Source: Candidatus Thorarchaeota archaeon (lineage in GTDB: Archaea > Asgardarchaeota > Thorarchaeia > Thorarchaeales > Thorarchaeaceae). Taken from it: a DNA stretch of 64,000 nt. The notes beneath the pieces are model-generated. The model worked only from the letters and a program-made list of their open reading frames with translations, did no database searches and had not been told where the DNA came from. Of the stretch, positions 28,244 to 38,743 are shown one piece after another (within the stretch, counting starts at the first letter, position 1; each line of letters begins with the position of its first letter). The stretch lies in assembly GCA_048882045.1 (NCBI GenBank), contig JBHLRZ010000009.1, positions 1-64,000 on the forward strand, written 5' to 3'. Both the position numbers and the translations under genes were made by a program.

Positions 28244-29317
28244 GTGGTTGACAGAGAGATTGCTTTCATATCACATCCAGAATCAAGCTTACATCGAATG
28301 CCATTTCCAAAACCACATTTGGAGGCGTTCGAAAATCCGATACGGACACAGGTAGCAGAACTATACCTCGAAAAAGCGGACCTATTGAAAGACATGATGA
28401 GAATCAGAGCGCCAAAGGCAAGCCTGGAAGATGTACGTACAGTACATTCAGACTATCTTGTGGACAGTGTCGAAATCATGACTGAGATTGGCAGTGGTCA
28501 ACTCGGTGAAGCATCGTATGCTAGTCCAGATCTGCTTCAAACAGCACTATTGGCAGTCGGTGGTGCAAAGAAGGGAGTCGATCTCATCAACTCTAAAGAG
28601 GTTAAACATGCGTTCGTTCTGATGCGACCCCCAGGGCATCATGCAACCACTTCGAACTCAATGGGACTCTGTTATTTTAACAACGTGGCTATCGCAGTCC
28701 GACATGCCCTGAGAAAAAATCAGATCAGCAAAGTATCAATATTCGATTTCGATGACCATCATGGAAATGGGACTTCAGAGATTTTTTACTCCGACCCAAA
28801 CGTACAGTACATCTCAGCCCATGAATATGATTATGAGAACTTTGGACTAGGGCATTATTCTGAAACCGGGTATGGAGAGGCAAACGGGACAAACATTAAC
28901 ATCCCATTACTTGAAACCTCACCAGACTCATCATACGAAGAAGCCATCAAACACATTATTGAGCCAGCTCTGAAACGTTTCAGACCCGATATCATCATCC
29001 TCTCAGCAGGATATGATGCGCATTATGCTGATCCAGTTGGAAATATGGATGTAGATTCAACCACATTCTGGAAAATCGGAGATAGTATCAGGAAAATTGC
29101 AGATTCACTCAAAGTGAAAGGAACTGTATGGGTATTGGAAGGGGGATACAATCCGTTCATCCTAGGACCAAGTATCAGGGCGAGCCTCGAGGGGTTGAAG
29201 GGTAAACCGACCCCAATACTTGATGACCAAATTGAAAGAGAGGTTCACGAACCAATCATTGAAGCAAATAAGGAAATCATTGAGAAGGTCCTTGAAACGG
29301 TCAGACCTATTTGGTAA
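28244..29317 (+). CDS. Zn-dependent histone-deacetylase-family protein
   Basis: RPPGHH, GLCYFNN, DFDDHHGNGT, SAGYDAH, LEGGY. Confidence 0.95.
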   Translation: MVDREIAFISHPESSLHRMPFPKPHLEAFENPIRTQVAELYLEKADLLKDMMRIRAPKASLEDVRTVHSDYLVDSVEIMTEIGSGQLGEASYASPDLLQTALLAVGGAKKGVDLINSKEVKHAFVLMRPPGHHATTSNSMGLCYFNNVAIAVRHALRKNQISKVSIFDFDDHHGNGTSEIFYSDPNVQYISAHEYDYENFGLGHYSETGYGEANGTNINIPLLETSPDSSYEEAIKHIIEPALKRFRPDIIILSAGYDAHYADPVGNMDVDSTTFWKIGDSIRKIADSLKVKGTVWVLEGGYNPFILGPSIRASLEGLKGKPTPILDDQIEREVHEPIIEANKEIIEKVLETVRPIW

Positions 29318-29392
29318 CATGTAGCGCCATGAACAACATTTTAAGGTCATCCGAGTTGGCGAGCGCACAATCAGTCATGGTGGAACTGAATA

Positions 29393-29680
29393 TTGGGTAA
29401 AAAGAGAAAATCCGGCGGTCGAAGCAAGGGCAGTTCGGGTAAGAGCGGAAACGTTCAATGCTCGAAGTGTGGACGCATCGTTCCAGCTGATAAAGCAAAG
29501 AAATACACGAAGAGAGTATCTGCTGTTGACCCTCAGCTTGCTCGAGAGCTAAGACAACAGGGAAGCTTCATCCAGACCAGGAAGGTCACTTCTTACTATT
29601 GCGTGAGTTGTGCAGTTCACGCTGGAAGAGTCCAGATAAGACAAGCTTCTGAGAGGAAGTCTGTACCAGGTCGTCGCTGA
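29393..29680 (+). CDS. rps26e: Ribosomal protein eS26
   Basis: KKRKSGGRSK...VQCSKCGRIVPADKAKK...YCVSCAVHAGRVQIR. Confidence 0.95.
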   Translation: MGKKRKSGGRSKGSSGKSGNVQCSKCGRIVPADKAKKYTKRVSAVDPQLARELRQQGSFIQTRKVTSYYCVSCAVHAGRVQIRQASERKSVPGRR

Positions 29681-29757
29681 AAAGAAACTCATCATGAACG
29701 ATCTTCCTGTGTTTCCAAAGAGATCATCGGAATAGATCAAATCAGCTGGTATGCCAA

Positions 29758-30357
29758 ATGCAGCCAGAAACCACCATGCTCAGATTTATTCAACTGCTTC
29801 CTAATGCATCCCCACAGGGGAAATTCCTTCTCAAGGATCTTCCAGGTTCTGGGAAAAGGATTGACATTCTTTGTCGAGATCTCGAAGCCTGTTTCTCATG
29901 GGGTCCGAGGACTTGGGGAAAAGACAGTCTCGAGTTTGTAGCAGTTATCGCAGATTCAAGAATAATAGTCTTCAACAATCCAAGTGATGCCGCTCCAGAG
30001 AGTGAGGTGTCGTGGGCGACTGTTATTCGGAATTCATTAAACGACAATCCGCCCAGATATGTGAAGGTTTTGAATGGTTCCACTGAAGATATCATTTTGA
30101 AATACTGTAACCCTCATATCTCAAATCTATGGGTATTGGATGAATCTGGTTCACATATCTCGTCAGTTCGGTTCGTAAGATCAGCTACTCAGAACAGTTT
30201 TATGCTCGGTGACCATAAAGGCTTCGATTTCCAGACAGAAAATCTACTGTCGAGATATTCTGTACCCAAGGTTTCTCTTGGGAAGAAGAGTTATCTTAGT
30301 AGCCACTGTGTGGCATCAATAATATCTGAATTCGAGAGGTCAAAAAATGCCCGATGA
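29758..30357 (+). CDS. trmY: tRNA (pseudouridine54-N1)-methyltransferase, SPOUT
   Basis: DLPGSGKRIDILCR, FMLGDHKGF, VSLGKKSYLSSHC. Confidence 0.85.
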   Translation: MQPETTMLRFIQLLPNASPQGKFLLKDLPGSGKRIDILCRDLEACFSWGPRTWGKDSLEFVAVIADSRIIVFNNPSDAAPESEVSWATVIRNSLNDNPPRYVKVLNGSTEDIILKYCNPHISNLWVLDESGSHISSVRFVRSATQNSFMLGDHKGFDFQTENLLSRYSVPKVSLGKKSYLSSHCVASIISEFERSKNAR

Positions 30358-30694
30358 TTCCCCCCCTGATAGACCGAAGGCAATGACGAGACTTGTAAAC
30401 AAGATGACAAAAGAGATGCTATGGATGTACATCTTGAGATTGCTACAGGAACGTCCTCACTACGGCTACGAGATCAAGGAACTGATTACAAAGAGGTTTG
30501 GTTTCTCACCAGCAACCGTCAGTGGATATGCTATAATCTATCGACTGACAAAGGATGGCCTCATAGAAGTTCAGAGAAAGGACGACTCCCCACGAAAATA
30601 TTACGTTATAACAGAGAAAGGTAGCATGGCTATGTCTGAGGCCAAAGCGTTCCTCACAAAGACCGTTGACATGGTGTTTGATGTGACAGATTGA
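30347..30694 (+). CDS. PadR family regulator
   Basis: ILRLLQERPHYGYEI...RKYYVITEKG. Confidence 0.92.
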   Translation: MPDDSPPDRPKAMTRLVNKMTKEMLWMYILRLLQERPHYGYEIKELITKRFGFSPATVSGYAIIYRLTKDGLIEVQRKDDSPRKYYVITEKGSMAMSEAKAFLTKTVDMVFDVTD

Positions 30695-30695
30695 T

Positions 30696-31580
30696 TTACC
30701 GAATCTCAACAGAATCCAAAAGTAGTTCGATTCTTTGTCCTAAGTCCCTCTTATCAATATTGAAGTCAAGACCTTTGTTTTCGACTTTGATACTAGCGAT
30801 TGATGAAGCATATACTCCGCATTCAGATAGAGAAGCACCACTGATATGTTGGTATGCAAATCCAGAGAGATAGACTGACCCAGCTCCAAAAGAGTCCACA
30901 GAATCTGTGAGATAGGGAGGGATAATGTGGAACTCGGAACCATCGTATATCAGACTCCCTTTATCCCCCATTGTTAGTACACAAATCTCTGTTGCCCAAT
31001 CAACCAGGAGCTCAGCCGCAAGATATGGATCAGACTCTCCAGTGATTAGTGAAGCCTCTGCTAAGTCTGGTTGGAAAATATCAATGAAGCAGTGTGTCTT
31101 CTCCATTAGATTGAGTTCCTTGATGTATTCTAATTGGCCACTAGGACTGATAGTTTTTAGCTGAGGTTTGAGGAAGATTAGTGAGTCTGATGAGTTACAA
31201 ATCCACTCTACGAGTTCTGCATTGATTTCCTGTAAAGATGGACTGAGAAGTATTGCCTGAGCTTGGAGAAACTCATCAGGGATGTCTTTGATACCGATCT
31301 CACGAGGGACTCCTAGGAATTCTATGCCATCCATTGTCCGAAGCTGGCGAGGTCTATTTTTGTCAGGTGGGACTATATAGTATTCAGGAATACCCAATAC
31401 ATCTGCAGATTGTATGAAGTCATCACGGAAACTCTCGTCAACAGATCCAACTATTGCTAAATTCTCAATTCCAAGTTTCGCTGCTGTTGCAGCACTGTAA
31501 ACACTCGGACCTGATAGTTGATTATACACACTAGACATGAGAAATGTCGGATTGCCAATCACCACAATATCATACATCAA
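30696..31580 (-). CDS. PfkB-family sugar kinase-like protein
   Basis: LSGPSVYSAATAAKLG, LTMGDKGS, DSFGAGS. Confidence 0.82.
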   Translation of the reverse strand: MMYDIVVIGNPTFLMSSVYNQLSGPSVYSAATAAKLGIENLAIVGSVDESFRDDFIQSADVLGIPEYYIVPPDKNRPRQLRTMDGIEFLGVPREIGIKDIPDEFLQAQAILLSPSLQEINAELVEWICNSSDSLIFLKPQLKTISPSGQLEYIKELNLMEKTHCFIDIFQPDLAEASLITGESDPYLAAELLVDWATEICVLTMGDKGSLIYDGSEFHIIPPYLTDSVDSFGAGSVYLSGFAYQHISGASLSECGVYASSIASIKVENKGLDFNIDKRDLGQRIELLLDSVEIR

Positions 31581-32328
31581 CTGATTCTCCCTGTTCAGAG
31601 GCAGTTATCACCTCGTGAGCATATGCAAGTCGCTGAGCGACTGTGATATGAGATAGTATTCCAACGATAACAATACAGATTGTCAAGATGTTAGTAATTT
31701 GTAGCATGGAGAAGAAATCCCAAAGCCCTATAGGCTCTACAAGGTCCCTCCATACATTTGTCGTGGGGATTAGAAGAAGCAAAATCCCAGCAAACTGAAG
31801 GATCAATTTCTCTTGTCTTTCTGCAACACCTACGGTGCAGCTCTCCATTCCACCAACTGACTCTGCCTTCGCACGAGCAAAGCTAGCCATGATCATTCCA
31901 AAAAGTGTGAAGAATCCCCAGAACCATGGAATGAACGTATCACCTGCAGACCACCAAGGAATCATTGTTGTGCCAAGAGGGCCCATCATAAGTCCTAGCA
32001 TGAATAAATACTCAGCATAGCGATCTAGTGTGTGGTCAAATGTGGCTCCAAATTTTGAAGAGAGTCCAGCAGCTCGGGCAACAGCTCCATCGAACATGTC
32101 CATGACAACTGTCAGAATCATGAAAAGGAAACCAATCACCAGATCCCCCATAGCGAAGAACCAGGCACTGACAAGTGCAACAAGAACCGTGAGACCTGTT
32201 ATCATATTGGGAGTTATTCCAGTCTTGGCCAGAGCTCTTCCAACTGGCATCATGGCACGCTGGTACCGTTCTCTAAGGGACCCTAGCATAAGTTCACTAA
32301 CCCTTCCTGTTGGTCGAGAGTCGCCCAC
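31570..32328 (-). CDS. CDP-alcohol phosphatidyltransferase (archaetidylinositol-phosphate synthase-like)
   Basis: TPNMIT, DMFDGAVAR...GATFDHTLDRYAE, SFARAKAES, VGVAERQEK. Confidence 0.92.
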   Translation of the reverse strand: MGDSRPTGRVSELMLGSLRERYQRAMMPVGRALAKTGITPNMITGLTVLVALVSAWFFAMGDLVIGFLFMILTVVMDMFDGAVARAAGLSSKFGATFDHTLDRYAEYLFMLGLMMGPLGTTMIPWWSAGDTFIPWFWGFFTLFGMIMASFARAKAESVGGMESCTVGVAERQEKLILQFAGILLLLIPTTNVWRDLVEPIGLWDFFSMLQITNILTICIVIVGILSHITVAQRLAYAHEVITASEQGESVDV

Positions 32329-32361
32329 TGGTGTAGTGTTAATAAACGTGTTGTGAGGGGG

Positions 32362-34035
32362 TCAAAGAACACTGTTAATTCGATTCAAGACCCAATCGTA
32401 TCCCAATAGGTTCAGGAAGCCACCAAGTCGAGGACCAGATTTTCGAGAGATGAGAATCCTATAGAGAACTAAGAATGCCCTCTTGTCCTTTAGACCAACT
32501 GCCCGAGCAGATTCAAAGACTTTGGCCTGAATCTCTTCGTCATCAAGAGCAGGTCCCTTCAGTACATCTACGAATCTATTGAGAAACTCGCGGTCAGTAT
32601 CAGTGAGAGTGGCGATGATTTCCTTGGGAACTTTGTCAGGAACCGATACTATGTCCCTCTCATTGCCGAAATGCTTTGCCCAGTGCAAAGCTCGTGACAA
32701 CCTTGTTGGAATCAATGCCTTTGATTCTTGAGAAACCTCACTGAGATCATGTTGCTTTTTCAACGCGATGTAGCAGCGTTCCAGAATAGTTTCTTCACTA
32801 AGGATTTCTTGGAGCTGAGATGTTACTACTGCAAATTTGAAGGAGAGTTTAGGAACATACACATCACTAATTGGACGAACCTCTGTGAGAGGATAGAGAA
32901 TCTTTGCTAGTTCGTGCTTTTCACTCTCGACATCATCAAATCCATAGTATTCACGCTCGAAAGTTTCGTAGATGTCAACTAGATTGGGTATAAGATCGGT
33001 TTGGATATTGTTTGCTTTATCAGGGTCAGTTCTGAGAACCATATACCTGAATAATTCCGGAGGTGCAATCTTCAACCATTCCCCAGGAGTGAAAACATAG
33101 CCTCTTGATGTCCCCATGTCTCTTCCACCAAGTCGAACCCATTCAAATGGTACTTTGACAGGACCTTCCCAACCAAAGACCTGTCGAGACATCTCAAGAC
33201 CAGTATCGTATGATCCACCTTTCACTGCGTGATCCTTCCCAGCAGGTTCACAGGTTGTTTTCATGACATACCATTTTGCAGGCCAATCAACTCTCCATGA
33301 CAATTTGACTCTGATATTGTCGAGTCTAGCGGTTTCTGAATGTCCACAGTGGGCACACACGTAGGAAACTTCATCACTCTCTGAATTATACGCGGTCACG
33401 CGATTGGGTACGATTGATCCCTTACCACCAGACTGTAATCTTCCACAAATGGGACAGATGACTGAAACAGGAAACCAAGTCTTCATGGATTCGATGTATT
33501 CGGCTCTTTGTTTGTCGTCAAAGTCACGAGCCACATATTCAATCAATATGTTTCTAATAGTTTCAGTGTGGTTCAGACAAATGCGAACCGCATCCATCAT
33601 CTCTTTTGTTTCATAGAGTTTTGATTGATATACGACCTCGGGGTCAGCTCCAAATTCAGGGAATGTTTTGACCAGCTCATTTGTCCAGTGAGCCCCTAGG
33701 TTCTCACAACAGCCATATGGATCTGGAGCATCTGAGTAGGGAACACCCATATACTCATCTGGTGAGAGAGTCACACTTGGAGGGAATGATCGAATTGGAT
33801 CGAAGTCATCTGCAATGAAGACTGTTTTTGCGTCTTTCCCCATTCTCTGTAGTTCTCGTTTGATAACGTCTGCAATGATTATCTCTTTCATAAAACCAGA
33901 ATGAACACTGCCACTCATACTCTTTCCAGTAACGATTAGATAACGATCAGGATTACGTGCGAGGACTTCGTCAACCACATCTCGGATCCAGTGGATTGAG
34001 AATTCCTCTTCCGGTGTGTCTTCTGGAGACATCAA
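32362..34035 (-). CDS. lysS: Class I lysyl-tRNA synthetase
   Basis: HW, SGSVHSG, DDFDP, KLSWRVDWPAKW, EPAGKDH, C-terminal GPRLG. Confidence 0.95.
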   Translation of the reverse strand: MMSPEDTPEEEFSIHWIRDVVDEVLARNPDRYLIVTGKSMSGSVHSGFMKEIIIADVIKRELQRMGKDAKTVFIADDFDPIRSFPPSVTLSPDEYMGVPYSDAPDPYGCCENLGAHWTNELVKTFPEFGADPEVVYQSKLYETKEMMDAVRICLNHTETIRNILIEYVARDFDDKQRAEYIESMKTWFPVSVICPICGRLQSGGKGSIVPNRVTAYNSESDEVSYVCAHCGHSETARLDNIRVKLSWRVDWPAKWYVMKTTCEPAGKDHAVKGGSYDTGLEMSRQVFGWEGPVKVPFEWVRLGGRDMGTSRGYVFTPGEWLKIAPPELFRYMVLRTDPDKANNIQTDLIPNLVDIYETFEREYYGFDDVESEKHELAKILYPLTEVRPISDVYVPKLSFKFAVVTSQLQEILSEETILERCYIALKKQHDLSEVSQESKALIPTRLSRALHWAKHFGNERDIVSVPDKVPKEIIATLTDTDREFLNRFVDVLKGPALDDEEIQAKVFESARAVGLKDKRAFLVLYRILISRKSGPRLGGFLNLLGYDWVLNRINSVL

Positions 34036-34081
34036 TCACTCCTCAAGTACCCCCGAAGCCTGACCCTAAAGAACATTATCA

Positions 34082-35935
34082 TCAAGATGAGAACTCTGAC
34101 ACTATAAGGTCATTTCTCGTTGCAAAGAAGACATAGGTAGGTATCGAAGCAAGAAGAATCACGACCAACATTGCAGCGAACACTGTTCCAATGGTGAGAG
34201 GGAGATATGCAATCGATGATACTGCTGCTTCAGGAAGGAGAGAGTAGATACTGAGTAAAGATGCAACAATGAGCGCAGGAATTCCAGCCCGTAAACCTAC
34301 TTCGAGACCTTCAGCCATCATCACCTTCGCAATGAAGGAGGGTTTTGCACCAATCGATCTCATGATTACATAGTCTCTAAGTCTTCCAAAAACCGAAACT
34401 AGTAGATAGTTCATGAGACTCAGAAATGCGCTAATCAGTGTAACAATGGCTAAGGGGTTGAGTAGAGCCCAAATGGCGGATATTGCATTCAAGTTCTCTT
34501 CGAGAACATCCTGCTGTCTATATATCTCAAAGCCATAGCTTGCCGCTATGGACTCGATCTGTGCAATGGTTGAATCGTCATACTCCTCAAGCTGGACAAG
34601 GGCCAGGTTTGTACCTGACACGCCCCATAAACCCTGCAACTCAGAGAGGTCCATGATTGCCATCATACCACCATTGAGGATATCGAATGCTTGAGCCCGG
34701 ATTTCGAATGAATGGCCTAGAAATGCTAGATTCTGGATGAGGGGGTCATCGAAGAAATCGCTGGCCATCTGACCTCCAATCCAGACCTGTTCTGTGGAGT
34801 CCAGTCTCCTACCTTCATAGAACCAATCAGAAATCGTATCATCCCAGTTAACACCGACTAGAACTGCATTGGATACACGTCCCTGCCCAATTCTCTCATA
34901 CTGCTGCAGTTCTTCATTCCAGATATCAGCATAGCCTTCTTCTACTTCGGAGTAGATAACCAAACGAGTTTCAACATTGCTCACTCCTAGAAGACTCTCA
35001 AGCTCTGCTACTATTGAATTATTAATCAGATCAGATGTTTGGAGGAAGTTGAATGATTCATTCATAGGAGTACCATAGAGAGAGTAAGCCCTATAGTACT
35101 GTTCCAACATGGCAGGATTTCCAATGGCGACTACATTCTCACCCATAGAACGTTGAACATAGTCATTCGTTGTAGTATGCACAACGCCTCCTCCAATCCA
35201 TAATAGTGAGGCGATAGTGAAGCTCAGAAACAACGAGAGGACAGTCCGCCGAGTGCCCTTAATTCTTCGACCTGTGCCTTTCGTAGCAATCCGAAAGGGC
35301 AATCCAAAATTGTCTAGATAGCCAGAAACGCGGACCTTTGAACCAACCTCTGGATTCAAGGCAAGTGAAGGTGATTCTTGAACTGTATCATAGATTGGTT
35401 TCTGTGAAGAGTAATAACCTGCAAAGACAAGAATAACTGCCAGGAGTCCTATCTGAATGAACGGGAAAGATCCAGTTAGGATAAATCCTGGAGCGACGCT
35501 TGAAAGCCATATGATTCCGAGAAGGTATAGTACAGTTCCAAATGTCAATCCTAGAACTACACTTGCGAGCAGCACTATCACAGATTGAGCCATGAAGAAG
35601 TCAAAGATTGTGTCGAGGAGTGTCCCGATTGCTTTCATCAATCCAATATCGCGTCGTCGGGTCACCATCTCAAGAGAAACAGTTGTGGACACTACCACTG
35701 CCCCAAGTATAAAGACAAGAAGAAGGATGGCCCATACAAAGGTTGTGAAGAAAGTTCCAAATGATGTTGACAGTGCCGTAGAGGTTGCAGATGTAGTCAC
35801 GTCCAAGAGGGCATTGCCAAACAAGAAGACAAAGGTCGTAGCAGTAATGACACTGGTTAGAGAGAACAGAGTGAGCGTGGTCCTGAATGGTCGGCGTTTA
35901 AGGTCTTTTGAGGCATAGACTTGGTGTTCACTCAT
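34082..35935 (-). CDS. FtsX/MacB-like ABC permease
   Basis: Two FtsX repeats (RRRDIGLMKAIG; RLRDYVIMRSIGA) around an extracellular domain. Confidence 0.88.
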   Translation of the reverse strand: MSEHQVYASKDLKRRPFRTTLTLFSLTSVITATTFVFLFGNALLDVTTSATSTALSTSFGTFFTTFVWAILLLVFILGAVVVSTTVSLEMVTRRRDIGLMKAIGTLLDTIFDFFMAQSVIVLLASVVLGLTFGTVLYLLGIIWLSSVAPGFILTGSFPFIQIGLLAVILVFAGYYSSQKPIYDTVQESPSLALNPEVGSKVRVSGYLDNFGLPFRIATKGTGRRIKGTRRTVLSLFLSFTIASLLWIGGGVVHTTTNDYVQRSMGENVVAIGNPAMLEQYYRAYSLYGTPMNESFNFLQTSDLINNSIVAELESLLGVSNVETRLVIYSEVEEGYADIWNEELQQYERIGQGRVSNAVLVGVNWDDTISDWFYEGRRLDSTEQVWIGGQMASDFFDDPLIQNLAFLGHSFEIRAQAFDILNGGMMAIMDLSELQGLWGVSGTNLALVQLEEYDDSTIAQIESIAASYGFEIYRQQDVLEENLNAISAIWALLNPLAIVTLISAFLSLMNYLLVSVFGRLRDYVIMRSIGAKPSFIAKVMMAEGLEVGLRAGIPALIVASLLSIYSLLPEAAVSSIAYLPLTIGTVFAAMLVVILLASIPTYVFFATRNDLIVSEFSS

Positions 35936-36680
35936 TCTCAGTTAGCTCTCCATTTGCCATTGTAAAGTGACGGATACCTTTCCGTTTGATGATGCCTTCG
36001 TCATGAGTCATTACGATGACAGTCTTTCCCTGTTCATTCAACCTAGCAAGGAGGTCGCGTATCATTCGACCACTATCTCCATCGAGGTTTGCTGTGGGTT
36101 CATCAGCCAAGATAATTGGTGGGTCATTGGCCATCGCGCGAGCAATAGCAATGCGCTGTTGTTCACCTGAACTAAGCTGCCAGGGCAGATGATCTATTCT
36201 GTGTCCCATCTCTACTTCTTCAAGGAGTTTGATTGCATCCTCTCTCAGCTCCTTTTGGCTCTTGGAAGAGAGTTGCATAGGAAACATTACGTTCTCGACC
36301 GCAGTCAACGTTGAAACTAGATTGTAACTCTGAAATATGAAGCCAGTATTGTCCAATCTGAAAGTAGATCGAAATGATTCATCATAGTCATTGATGGGTA
36401 CATCCATTACAAAGACCCGCCCGGAAGTGGCAAGATCAATGGCTCCAATGAGGTTCAGGAGGGTTGTCTTACCAGAGCCAGACTTCCCTGAAACCACGAT
36501 GTATTCTCCATGTTCGATGACAAGAGACACATCATTCAGAGCGGCAATCTCTTCTTTACCGATCTTGTAGACCCTGCACACTTTTTGAAGTCGGACAGCG
36601 TGTTTAGATTCCTTGAGGTCCTCAATATCGAGGGTATCCCTAGTATAGTCAACCGCATCAAAATAATCGTCATCCGCCAT
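35928..36680 (-). CDS. ABC ATPase (LolD-like)
   Basis: GKSGSGKTT, LSSGEQQR, ADEPTANLD. Confidence 0.94.
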   Translation of the reverse strand: MADDDYFDAVDYTRDTLDIEDLKESKHAVRLQKVCRVYKIGKEEIAALNDVSLVIEHGEYIVVSGKSGSGKTTLLNLIGAIDLATSGRVFVMDVPINDYDESFRSTFRLDNTGFIFQSYNLVSTLTAVENVMFPMQLSSKSQKELREDAIKLLEEVEMGHRIDHLPWQLSSGEQQRIAIARAMANDPPIILADEPTANLDGDSGRMIRDLLARLNEQGKTVIVMTHDEGIIKRKGIRHFTMANGELTENE

Positions 36681-36744
36681 TCATGACCACCTTGGCTGAC
36701 TGGCGGATGTTTCATTCGGCAAGATAAGGTTAGAGGTTGGACAA

Positions 36745-37554
36745 CTATTGTACCAAAATGCCTTGTACGTCAATAGCGGTTCGAGCCCAGTCAGTGAGAA
36801 GGACTGGTTTTTCACGACCAAAGACCTTCACAGTACGAAGGATGTCCGCTTTCAGAAGCCCGCTAACATAATAGGATACCAAGCTTTTATCTACTTCAAG
36901 TGTCCGACTAATCTCAGCTTGAGTTGTCTGACCGTTCTTTGCGCACTCTGACAGAATCTGACCAACGGTGGGATTTCTCGCGATTGCCGTAAGTCGCATC
37001 ACATTCTCATCAGTGGAGTAATCGTTAAGGAAGATGTGACGAACGTTTCCGTATCGTAGCGATACCACCAACCCCTCTTCCTCAAGGAACTTCAAATGGT
37101 ATTGAAGTGCACCCATCGCACATCCAATGATTCTATGAAGTTCGCGTAAATGAATACCCGGATTCTCAGCTACCTCAACGATGATTCTGTCACGTAGTTT
37201 CTGCAACCTGCGGTCGTCGCGCCGTTCTATCGACACTGTGCTTATTACTAGTGCCATAAAACCTGTCTCTATCGCGGTGAAAATTGCATCGGACCAAGCT
37301 ATATTGGTTCCACCGGAATTCCAAGAAGTCAGAATAACATCTAGTGAGATATTCACACTTGTTGCAGTTGAAATCAAGAAAGAGTAGATCTCAAGATCCT
37401 GTTGATTCTGTGAATTAGTGGTAGGAGAAAGATCAAGAGCTACAAACTCGGTTTCACCAATACCAGAACTGGCTAATGCTACACCAATGATGCTCCAAGT
37501 AAGAAGCACCAGCGAAATTCCAATGAATATTCGTTTGGTGAACTGCCTGTTCAT
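36745..37554 (-). CDS. Membrane-anchored tandem wHTH transcription regulator
   Basis: N-terminal hydrophobic segments; NPGIHLRELHRIIGCAMGALQYHL; TQAEISRTLEVDKSLVSYYV. Confidence 0.82.
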   Translation of the reverse strand: MNRQFTKRIFIGISLVLLTWSIIGVALASSGIGETEFVALDLSPTTNSQNQQDLEIYSFLISTATSVNISLDVILTSWNSGGTNIAWSDAIFTAIETGFMALVISTVSIERRDDRRLQKLRDRIIVEVAENPGIHLRELHRIIGCAMGALQYHLKFLEEEGLVVSLRYGNVRHIFLNDYSTDENVMRLTAIARNPTVGQILSECAKNGQTTQAEISRTLEVDKSLVSYYVSGLLKADILRTVKVFGREKPVLLTDWARTAIDVQGILVQ

Positions 37555-37623
37555 AAAATACCTATCACCATCATACCCTAAAATGGTTTTGTAGTTAAGC
37601 AGTTGGAATGAGGTATAATTGTA

Positions 37624-38178
37624 CTATGAAGTACCACGTGCTGGATATGTCATAGTGATCTTGAATGAACAACAGCTGTCACCAGAGGACATACACGTAT
37701 CCTCAATGACAATCAATTTCTCATACTCAATCCTATTGAAATCTGTAAGGTATTCCAAAACAGCTTCTACAAATCCTTTGAGAAAGAAACAAGAGGGCTC
37801 GTCGGCTTCATATCCAGAAGCATAAGGATTGTCGCCAATTTCGATAATTGCTTCCTCATCCAACCAGAGTTTGTAGAGTTTCGCGATTTTTACATCACCA
37901 AAAGGAACGATGAGAGTTTCTAGTGCCATTTTAATGAACTCTACAATACCCTTGAAATCTCCCGGGGGATTCTGTTTTCCAACCTTGAAATACTCTCTCT
38001 GAGCTTCCAGACCAGCAAGACGACCAGCAGAATAATACAAGTCACGCAGTTGATCTGGGAACATCACTGCGATTCTGCTTCCAAGCTTATTCCAAGTCTT
38101 CGCAAAGAATGCAACCATCAAGTCACGTTCCTTCAGCCGACCTTTCCACCATGGAATCACGTTTTCGGAGTCTGACAT
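37624..38178 (-). CDS. V4R domain protein
   Basis: LYYSAGRLAG, NPYA...PSCFFLKGFVEAV...EDTCMSSGDSCCSFKI. Confidence 0.85.
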   Translation of the reverse strand: MSDSENVIPWWKGRLKERDLMVAFFAKTWNKLGSRIAVMFPDQLRDLYYSAGRLAGLEAQREYFKVGKQNPPGDFKGIVEFIKMALETLIVPFGDVKIAKLYKLWLDEEAIIEIGDNPYASGYEADEPSCFFLKGFVEAVLEYLTDFNRIEYEKLIVIEDTCMSSGDSCCSFKITMTYPARGTS

Positions 38179-38246
38179 ATCACTGGCCTCGTTATCACTA
38201 ACGTTGGAAAATTAGAATTAAAGTGCTTTATGTGTGTGTGATACGC

Positions 38247-38729
38247 TTACACAAGACGAACGTTCCAAACACAAGAGTCGGACCCTGTAGCCTTGCTCAT
38301 TTCTTGGAAAACTTTGGCATTTACACCCTTGAACTCTAGTATTGATTCAAGCACACCACTGAAAATCTCACAGTAGCCAAACCCTCGCATTCCTTCAAGG
38401 TTGACCTCTTGACACCAGACACAGTTGTCATCTGAGATACGGACTGACCCACGTGCACTCTTCATGTCGACATCACGGGGTTTCTTGTCATATAGTACTT
38501 TGTAGACGGTTTCAAGGAGCTTTGCAACATCTTCACGAGTAGTGACGTTTTCTTTAGTCTTCTCTACAATCTCAGTATTGAGGTAGACTTGCTGACCAAT
38601 TTCCCGCCCTATTTCGCGAAGCCGCTCATTTGCATCCTCAATGCTTTCAGTTTCAGCAAGAGTCTTTTCAACATAGTATGAATACAAACTGATTAGTAAT
38701 GGGTTCTCAATCTTTGGCATAGCATTCAA
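38247..38729 (-). CDS. Bet3/TRAPPC3-like (V4R) protein
   Basis: LISLYSYYV...DANERLREIGREIGQQV...YCEIFSGVLESIL parallels Bet3 LFTLTYG...VNKQLDKMGFNIGVRL...YSNLLCGVLRGAL (Bet3 recalled from memory); likely start ATG 38720. Confidence 0.8.
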   Translation of the reverse strand: MNAMPKIENPLLISLYSYYVEKTLAETESIEDANERLREIGREIGQQVYLNTEIVEKTKENVTTREDVAKLLETVYKVLYDKKPRDVDMKSARGSVRISDDNCVWCQEVNLEGMRGFGYCEIFSGVLESILEFKGVNAKVFQEMSKATGSDSCVWNVRLV

Positions 38730-38743
38730 TCCTCTTTTCTGTA

